The position numbers were made by a program, and so were the translations under genes. A model generated the notes under the pieces. That model was given only the letters and a program-made list of their open reading frames with translations, was not told where the DNA came from and made no database searches. DNA of 64,000 nucleotides, taken from assembly GCA_963693365.1 (NCBI GenBank), contig CAVNZM010000001.1:5658907-5722906 (forward strand), read 5' to 3'. This document shows, in pieces, positions 55,436 to 64,000 of this stretch; the first letter of the stretch is position 1, and each line of letters begins with the position of its first letter. The stretch is from Amoebidium appalachense (Eukaryota; Protista; Ichthyosporea).

Positions 55436-58400
55436 GGGTTATGGGCCCCTCACGTAATGATTCCATCAAGTTCAAGGTCGACATCCCTCTCTTCACTGGC
55501 ATTGATAATGATTCAGGCACGGACTACCACACATGGGCCGAAACCATGTATGTCCAGCTTTCTGGTGCTGGTCTTCTCCACACCATCGCGCCCAGTACGG
55601 AGCACCCGGCTACCCGTGAACAGGTCGACACTGCCCGTTCCTACCTGTGGCAAGCACTCTCGATTGACGTGCGTTGTATCCTAGGGTTAACACGCACCAC
55701 CACACCTGCGGAGATATGGTCGGCCCTATCTGCCCACTACCTGGAGCAATCTGAGGCCAATCAGTACGACCTTATCGGGCTGTACATGAATTCTACGCCT
55801 GAACCTACGGACACCGCGACGAAATACGCCATGAAACTCCGCGGCTACGTGCGGCGCCTGGCCGATTACGGCACACAAATTGGTGATGCTCAAGTGCTGA
55901 CCAAGCTCACCAACGACCTCGGCAAGGTGCCTTACTACGAAATGCCTGTAATTGCCTACAAGATGACACCCAAGCCTACCGTGATGGGCCTCCTCCAACA
56001 GCTACGGGCATATGAGACCAGCCACCCACGTGCACGTGTGACTACCAGCTCCGGGCCGGCCGCCTTCACCACACGGGCTCCTCAACCTGTCATCTGCCAC
56101 GGCTGCGGCAAACCAGGCCACATCAAGTCTCAGTGCCCCAACGGCAACGGCCAACACAGCAACTCTGGCAACAACCGTGCCAGCACCTACCCCAAGGGTT
56201 CCTGCGTCAACCACCCACTGTCTACCAGTCACACTACCGCCATGTGCAAGGGGGGCAACCGTGCCAACGGCCGCAAACCTAAGGGTGGTCCCCTCCTGCC
56301 TGGGTCCTGCATCAACCACCCTGCCTCTACTACCCACACTACGGCACAGTGCAAGGGGGGGCTGACGCTCCCCGGGCTTTCCTCATGTCTAGCAACGACT
56401 GTGGCACCAACAAGGTGCTCCTCGACTCTGGAGCCACTGACCATGTGTGCCCCCGGCCCGATGTGTTCATCAACATGCGTGCGGCGCCTTACTCCACGGT
56501 CCAAGTAGCCGACAAGGGTGCATGTGCAGTGCTTGGGGTGGGCGACGTGTTCTTTTCCAGCACCATCGACGGCGTTACTGCGGTGCATCAGCTGACGGAT
56601 GTACTCTACGTGCCCTCCATCCCCGACACTCTCATCAGTGTGTTCACGGCAACTACCAACGGTGTTTTACCCCGCTTTGACACCCGCGGCGGCGTTAAGT
56701 TGTGCTACGGCGATCAAATTCTGGCCACCGGCTCGGCTGTCGGCACCAAGCTGTACCACATGGCGGTGTCTCTTCTGCGCGCGGACACAACCCCGGACGC
56801 CCAAACCACCACTGCTCCGCGTATCCTCAAGGTTACTGCCGACCTCAACACGTGGCACTACCGTCTGGGCCATGCTGGCATTGACGCTGTACGCTCGGTC
56901 ATCAAGTCTGCAGGCCTGTTGGTGGGTGGCGGTGCCAAGTCTCCGGGTGTGTGTGAGCCCTGTGCCCTCGGCAAAGCCCACCGTGTTGCCTTCTCCGAAT
57001 CAACTAGCCAAGCTCCCCGGGTCCTAGCCAAGGTTCACAGCGACATCAGCGGCCCCTTCCCTCCCGCGATCGGTGGTGCTCAGTACTTGGCGACGTTCCA
57101 CGACGAATTCACCGGCCACACCACGGCCGTGCCCCTCGTCAAGAAGTCGGACACACTGGCTGCATATGTGACGTACCACAAGGCGGCGGTTACCCAACAC
57201 GGTGTTCCCATGCAGGTGTTTCAGTCCGACGGGGGGGGGCGAGTACATGGGCACGGCCTTCGGGGACTACAACCGTGAGCATGGCATTCGCCATCAGATC
57301 ACTACCACCGGCTCTCCTCAACAGAATGGGACTGCCGAACGACTGAACCGGACCCTCCTCGACATGGTTCGGGCACTCCTGCAGCAGTCCGGCCTTCCGG
57401 TGGGATTCTGGGCCGAGGCAGCTGTGACCGCGGCTTTTATACGCAACATGCTCCCGTCGCGAGCCACCGGCAGCCAATCGTCTCCCGCTCTGCTGTGGAC
57501 CGGCATTCCTCCCGACTACAGCCGGCTCCGTGTCTGGGGCTCTCCCTGCTACGTCCATCAACAGGATACACCGAAACTGGCGCCTCGTGCCGTCAAGGGC
57601 GTCTTCGTGGGCTACCCTCCTAACATCAAGGGCTACAAGGTCTGGATTCCAGCAGCACACAAGATGACCGTCAGCCGTGACGTGCAGTTCGACGAGGCTG
57701 CTATTCTGCACCCCCTCCGTGATGTCCCATCTGATTGGTCGACCGCACCGGCAATTCATCATTTTTTGGAGTCATCTGATTCGTCAAATCAGCCAGCCAA
57801 TCACATCGTCCGGAATGATCAGCAATCTGATTCGTCTCGTCTGTCAGCCAATGGGACAGCGCCGAGTGATCAATTGGACATTCCGATCCTGCCCGAGCCT
57901 GCACATCGGCTCCCCCGGACGACCCGTAGTGGCGCTGTGTACAACGACCAACGTCGAGGCCCGACTGCCAACGTGGCTGCTGCTACGGCCCCCCTTGCCC
58001 CCCAGGCTACGGCTCCTGCATCAACACCCATCAAGGCTTCCACCATTGTTGTCCCCAAGACTGTCCGGGCTGCACTCAAGAGTCCCCAGCGTCTGAAATG
58101 GGAGGAGGCTGCACACCGTGAGCTCAAGGCCCTGGAAGACAACGGCACCTTCACCCTTGTGCCCCGTCCAGAGGATGGCTCCACTGTCATTCCGGTCGGC
58201 TGGGTCTTTACGGTCAAGCAGGACAACGTCGGCAACGTCACTGCTTTCAAGGCCCGGCTTGTGGCCCGGGGCAACTACCAGCAGCCTGGCCAGGACTATT
58301 TCGTCACCGAGTCACCTGTGGCTGCGCTGGCTACCATCCGGCTGGTTTTGGCTACCTCCGTGGCCCAAGGTCTGCCTCTGCGCCACATCGACGTCAACAC

Positions 58401-59598
58401 AGCATTCCTCAACGGCACCGTCAACGAGACCATCTACATTGAGCAGCCCCCTGGCTTCGTCAACCCCTCGGCCCCCCATGCTGTCGGCTTGCTCCACAAG
58501 GCGCTCTACGGCCTAAAACAGGCACCGCGCCAGTGGTATGAGGCCCTCCGTGACCATCTCCTCGACCAAGGCTTCATTGTGAGTGCTGCTGACCCGTGCC
58601 TGTTCATCAAGAATGCCGGGACCCCAACATTTATTGCCCTTGCTGCCTACGTGGATGACTTCACCGTGACGGCCGCCACTGATGCGCTCATCGACGATTT
58701 TTTCACCAAGCTGGATGCTCGTTTCTCTGCCAAGGACCTGGGTCGTCCTACCCTGCTCATCGGGCACACTCTTACCTGGCTGGAGGACGGGTCTCTGCGT
58801 CTGGGCCATCGTCAACACATCATCGACTTGGCTGCCCGTTTTCGTCTCACCCACATGTCCGGCACCAAGACCCCCATCGTCCCGGGCCAGGCCAGTGAAA
58901 GCAACAAGACCCCAGCCTACAGCAAGAAGGAGGACTATGCCAGCCTGGTCGGTGCCCTGCTGTGGATTGCGCGTACCACCCGCCCCGACATTTCCCAGGC
59001 TCTGGGAGTCCTTACTCGACACATTCATGCGCCCACCGTCACCCACTGGACTATGGCTACCAGAGTTGTAAGCTACCTGCTGGCCACCATCGACCTGGGT
59101 ATTGTCTACCGTCCCGGCCCCCCCAACCTTGTTGGCTACTCCGACTCCGACTACGCCGAGGACCGCGACACCCGGCGCTCCACCACGGGCTATGTCTTCT
59201 TCATAAACTCCTCCCCTGTGTCCTGGGTGTCTCGGCTCCAGTCCATCACCACCCACAGCTCCACTGAGGCTGAATTTGTGGCCATGTCTGCTGCTACGAA
59301 CGAGGCCCTATGGCTCAACTATGTGATGGACGACCTGGGCCTTAATCCTATCAATGAGCCCACCCCGGTGCCCATCCATGGGGACAATGAGTCTGCCCGG
59401 GCCCTGCTGGACACCCTGGGGGTTAAGCCCAAGACCAAGCACATCGACGTCCGCTACTGCTCCGTCAAGGAACATCACCTGCTGGGCAACATCACTGTGG
59501 TCCCGGTGGCTTCTGCTGACAACAAGGCCGACATGTTCACCAAGGCCCTGTCTGCCTCTTTCTTCACCAAGGCCGTGGGGATGCTCAACATGTGCTGA
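55300..59598 (+). CDS. Copia Gag-Pol polyprotein, broken into three frames at two G homopolymers
   Basis: Gag with CHGCGKPGHIKSQC knuckle; protease LLDSGATDHVC; integrase WHYRLGH..CEPC, HSDISGP, QSDGGGEY, PQQNGTAER; RT KARLVARG, DVNTAFLNG, LYGLKQAPRQW, YVDD; RNase H YSDSDYA, SSTEAEF, DNESA, KHIDVRY, ADMFTKAL. Frame breaks at G7 (56355-56361) and G9 (57231-57239). Confidence 0.95.
55436..55449 (+). promoter_or_regulatory. Primer-binding site (half-tRNAiMet type)
   Basis: GGGTTATGGGCCC immediately after the 5' LTR; GGTTATGGGCCC is the copia/Ty5-type PBS complementary to the tRNAiMet anticodon arm. Confidence 0.85.
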
Positions 59599-59771
59599 GC
59601 ACCCGTCATCAACCAACTGCGCCCTCATACTTCAGGGGGGGGGAGAGAGTTGCATCCGACTGTGCAACTACGTGTACCATACTAAAATTGAGTAGGGGAA
59701 TCTTTATTGTCTGTATTTTGTGCACCTGAAGCACTCGAGCTCAGTTGCATTAATTCATACCACAATTATCC

Positions 59772-59784
59772 AATTGAGTAGGGG
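59772..59784 (+). promoter_or_regulatory. Polypurine tract
   Basis: AATTGAGTAGGGG abutting the 3' LTR; an identical 13-mer lies at 59686-59698. Confidence 0.8.
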
Positions 59785-60549
59785 TGTTGGAGTACACTGG
59801 TACTCCCGGCTAGCAATGTCTGTTAGAGAAAGTTTCTGAGCAATTGAATAACTGTTTCAACACTCACTCGAGTGCATAGAGCTTTTGTTTACGGTCATAT
59901 TCATATATGGTAGTTATATGTTTGAGCCAAAACTGTACCAATGACGAGCTTCACTAGCAACGTGCTAATTGTGCTCATTAATTAATATTCCCGGTTCAGA
60001 TGATGTCATGTCTATATTTGCCACAGGATTCTATTCTTAGAGTGGTAGTGTGCTTTATTCCCGGATATTCTCAGAATATTTTTAGTTGTGTGAAGCAAGA
60101 TTTACGTTTAACTGCAATTGGTGTGTTAAACACGTTTATTTGTGTGCTTTAGTGCAAGTTAACTAGCCACTCAACGTGCACAGTTAACTTTTATATCTTT
60201 AACGACTTGTTTTCATTGTGCTCTCTTTTCGGCCATGCTGTACATGGCCCACCACCAGGGTGCACACGAGGCCACCATGAGGTGGCCAACGACTATATAA
60301 AGCAGTGCCTCCCATGTCACAAACATGGGAAGCAGAACGTTTGATTTACACTTTTCTACTGTCGTTTCCAGTGCACAAAACACATAGACTAGTTACCCAT
60401 CATACACGACACTATGTCTGACAACTTACAGTTGCAGCAACTAGTCCAACTACTGGAGCAGAGGTTGGCCTCACAAGATGCAATCATTTCTGACTTACAG
60501 AAGGAACAACGTGCACTAGAACTAGCTTCTATGAACACAATGTCCAACA
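59785..60549 (+). repeat. 3' LTR
   Basis: Matches 54671-55435 and is followed by the TSD CAAAG. Confidence 0.97.
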
Positions 60550-60554
60550 CAAAG

Positions 60555-60698
60555 CACGAGCCACCATAGCCAATGGGGTGCTAAGAGTTCTGGATGGAGG
60601 CAAAAGGATTGGCAGTAAAATGCGGCCATACGACCATGCACACAGTGCAATACGTAGTGCTCCAGCTGTGGCCATGGGCTGTCGATTGGGGGGAGAAT
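60555..60698 (+). pseudogene. Direct-orientation fragment of TMEM214 exon 19 (continues left of the copia element at ~54615-54670)
   Basis: Matches ~50760-50950 (ATIQPHLTK|ARATIANGV...WPWAVDWGEN), is split by the copia insertion and carries small indels. Confidence 0.85.
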
Positions 60699-60806
60699 CT
60701 TAAGTGCTGTGGGGGCAGGGGGGCAAGAGGGGGGGGGGGGGGGGGGAAGGGAGGGGGAGGGAGGGGGAGAGAGTGAGGGGGGGGGGGGGGGGGGGGTATG
60801 TGTGAA

Positions 60807-60840
<34 letters not shown>

Positions 60841-61352
60841 ATGGAAGGGTAGCTCAAGAGAGAATCGTTTGGGGCGGGGGAAGGGGGGCAGGGGGGGGGG
60901 GGGGGGGGGGGGGGGGAGGGCGGAATCCCCAAGATCACGTGTATATTCATTTGCGGGTGAGGACGCGCATGCGCGCCTAGACACAGCTGAACGCTGATAT
61001 AAATGTCACAATCCTGTGTGACTCCCCACCCCAGCTACACAACATAATGTGTGAGCGGACATATCACCAGACCTATGCACACTCACACCCACACGTACAC
61101 ACACACACGGACATGCACAAACACACATGCACATGCTCGTGCACTCACACACTGTTTAACTCCTACCTGGCTCTCCGATGTCCTGGGCAAATTGCTGTCA
61201 TGCCACCCGACTCTGTTGATAAGCCCAGTGCCCACCCACACGGAGGGCTGGGAGTCCTTGGTCTGCGGGTGCATCATGTGGGTGTAGAGAGTGAGTATAG
61301 GGGTATATGGTATACAGTGTGTGTGTGTCTGTGTGTGTGTCTGTGTGTGTGT

Positions 61353-61383
<31 letters not shown>

Positions 61384-62011
61384 GTGTGTGTTTGTGTGTG
61401 TGTGTTGGTAGGTGGGTGGGTGCGTGTGTGCCTGCACACGCGCGCGCTACAGGTGCGTGTGTGTGCGCGCGTGTGGATATGAACCCGCACGTGCGTGTGT
61501 ACGTGTGTCTGGAGGTACACGTGTGTGTGCATGTGCATACGTGTGTCCATGTGCCTAGGCGTGTGTGTGTGCTCACGTGCACGTGTGTGCAGGGGTTCAT
61601 ATAAGGGCATTGGTGTATTTACCCCCCCGGAAACGACAAAGGATATGACACACTTTGGTGGCGTGTGCCCGAGAGCATGCCTGTGACCACCAATGATGCA
61701 ATGTACGTGGTGTGTGTGTCACGCAGGCTGGTGAAGGTCGGGCTAAAAAAAAAAAAAGCAAAAGGGGGGGGGGGGGGGGGGGGGGGGGGGAGAAGGAGGA
61801 AGCCGGGGAGAAAGAGGGTGTGTGTGTGTGTGTGTGTGTTCGGGAGGGAGGGAAGTTGTGTCCATGTTCGTTATCGTGGGTGTATTCCGATTAGAGTTGT
61901 AATTGTGTAGAAACAAGCGAAAGTTGTGTGACAGCCAAAATCACCACAATCAACACCACCAACATTCCAACCACCACCTCCCCCCCCCCTCCCCACCCCC
62001 TCCTCCCCCCA

Positions 62012-62093
<82 letters not shown>

Positions 62094-62343
62094 CCGCCTA
62101 CATGACCTACACACTGCGTTCTTGATTTCAATAGCCACACAGTAAGGCTCCTACTCTTACTACTTCCAACAAAATACACTTAGTGTCAGGGGTTGGCCTA
62201 CATAATCGTGCTAGATTGTGTTCTGAGCCCTTGATTAGAGGCACAAACTCTCGTCGTTTGCTGTGTCTTTGTCTCACTTTTTGTCGCCAATTCTCATAAA
62301 GCCAGTCGAGACGGCTGAGAAAGCCCACACCAATGGCTACAAG

Positions 62344-62405
<62 letters not shown>

Positions 62406-64000
62406 GCGCGCGCGTGCGCACATGCATGTGGTTAGTGTGGGCATGCGGGCCGCACATCCGTCCACGTTTTTTTAATGTGTATACCACCACCACTGCATGC
62501 ACACAAGCACAAACTCCTTGCCTACAGCAACTCTGACAACCCCCCTATACCTGCACCCCCATTAGGCCACCAAACAGCCTTCTGAGCTACAACAACACAC
62601 TAAACCAACCAATAAAATCTACACTAACAATTCACCTAAAATCCAATCCGACTCAACTAAAACCCACGGGAAGTTGAACCAAATTCAAATCTCCTCAAAT
62701 AAAACTTCAACCAACGAGTAAAGACCTTGACTAGAACACTAACCGACTCTGACTCAACACTCTGACCCGATCCGACCCGTTTACCTCGAGTGTTCTCGGG
62801 TTGCTGTTGTCTTCGTGGCACAGACTTGAGCTCCATCAGCACCCGATAGAACAGCCCCTGTAGCTCACTGTCGCTAGCCTGCGCCAGCCACACACTCTGC
62901 CAATCAAAATCCAGCATCAGTGTGTTTCTGTATTTCTATTGGTTGCAGAACAGGTGTTTTAAAACTGAGAGGTTGAATGTGTCTGTGCGTATGTGAAAGT
63001 GTGCACGTGTGTGTGTGTGCACGTGTGTGTGTGTACGTGTGTGTGTGTGTGTGTGTGTGTGGGTAGGTGGATGTGTGCGTGTGTGCTTGCGCAGGTGCAT
63101 GTGTGTGTTTGTGTGGTTGGGGGGGATGACAACGAACCCAAAATACTCCCGACCGCTGTAAGACAAACACGGCTACACGGGGTGTGAGGTTGCATGTGTC
63201 AATAATCACCACCCTTCCCCCCCTCCCCCCCCCTCCGCCCCTCTTTACAAAAAAAAAAAAAGAAGAAGAAGAAAAGAAAAAAAAGAAAGGAAGAAGGAAC
63301 GAGCGAAAGAAAGAAAGACAGGAGGAGAGGCAGAGAGGGGGGGGGGGGGGGGGGAGGACAAGGACAAGGACGAAAAAGAGAAATGGGGGGGGGGGGGGGG
63401 GTTTGAATGCGGAACACAGTACGAAGTACGCATACACGATGAGAAGTATGGTGCAGGACACATGCAAAGGCAAACATTCAAGTATGCAACATCAACCATG
63501 CGCACAGTATGCGTCATAAGCAGAGCCCATCCTCAGGGAGGGCCCGGGGGGGGGGGAGGGGGGGGGGGAGGGGGGAGTGACTCACCTCAAGAAATCGGTA
63601 GTTTTCAGTAAAAATTCATTTGACTTGCTTCCTGTGAGAAAACAAGGGAAAGAACGTTTGGTTATCGGGGATCAATGCACGGGTAACAATTGAGACACAA
63701 CTTACAACAGTGTCCGCTTTGACGTATGATACGTGCCCATTATTCATGTCTAAAACGAATCTAAATGCCAGAATGCAACCTGTGACCCCAGTCTTACTAG
63801 TCTCTCAAAAAAACCTCAAATAAGGAAAGGGGAAACATGCAGGGTATGCGCGTGTTGGTTTTTCCCTCTTTTCCTTCCTTTTTTCTTCCCCTTCGTGTGT
63901 GCATATGTGCGCGTGCACGCCTCTGGGGTGGTGGTGGTAATGGTGTGGGCGGGTGGATGGGTGGATGGGTGGGTGGGTGGATGGGTGGGTGGGTGGGTGG
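60699..64000 (-). pseudogene. Inverted, internally deleted TMEM214 paralog (pseudogene), probably extending beyond the window
   Basis: Reverse complement matches ~41180-43132 and then ~49182-50750, including introns. Exon-8 copy (63631-63586) has an in-frame TGA; exon-9 copy (62896-62785) is 112 vs 111 nt; exon-10 copy lost its acceptor (CAA instead of CAG); ~6-kb deletion at ~62219. Confidence 0.9.
63401..63545 (-). mobile_element. 145-bp dispersed element, copy 3
   Basis: About 90% identical to copy 1. Sits inside a poly-C tract of the pseudogene intron, while the homologous tract in the intact gene (41541-41600) lacks it. Confidence 0.85.

Larger units (their letters stand above)
54671..60549 (+). 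mobile_element. Full-length Ty1/copia LTR retrotransposon (5879 bp), very recent insertion
   Basis: Two 765-bp LTRs (54671-55435, 59785-60549) with TGTTGGA...TCCAACA ends; 5-bp TSD CAAAG at 54666-54670 and 60550-60554; domain order Gag-PR-IN-RT-RNaseH. Confidence 0.98.

Overview
Intron-rich eukaryotic genomic DNA, probably from a unicellular opisthokont/holozoan (inferred from the animal/fungal-like proteins). Introns and intergenic DNA are saturated with (CA/TG)n, (CT/GA)n and very long G/C/A/T homopolymers, so most entries in the ORF track are microsatellite artefacts. Assembling GT-AG exons by hand gives phase-consistent gene models: PAF1 (14 exons, 1726-12629, +), pyruvate kinase (8 exons, 14301-20687, +), an endocytic-adaptor-like SH3 protein (2 exons, 24513-26521, +), a probably lipid-anchored Nudix hydrolase (2 exons, 31356-28473, -), a small intronless hydrophilin-like ORF (33271-32924, -) and a TMEM214-like gene (21 exons, 34351-52778, +). 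The right end holds a rearranged, inverted, pseudogenised TMEM214 paralog. A very young Ty1/copia element has inserted into it (54671-60549: 765-bp LTRs with no visible differences, CAAAG target-site duplication, half-tRNAiMet PBS, Gag starting inside the LTR, two extra CHHC motifs). The most striking unexplained pattern is pervasive fold-back symmetry: many unrelated non-coding stretches are 200-700 bp degenerate palindromes, many introns have complementary microsatellite halves, and many 3' splice sites have (CA)n or poly-A instead of a polypyrimidine tract. A 145-bp poly-C-associated intronic element occurs in three copies.
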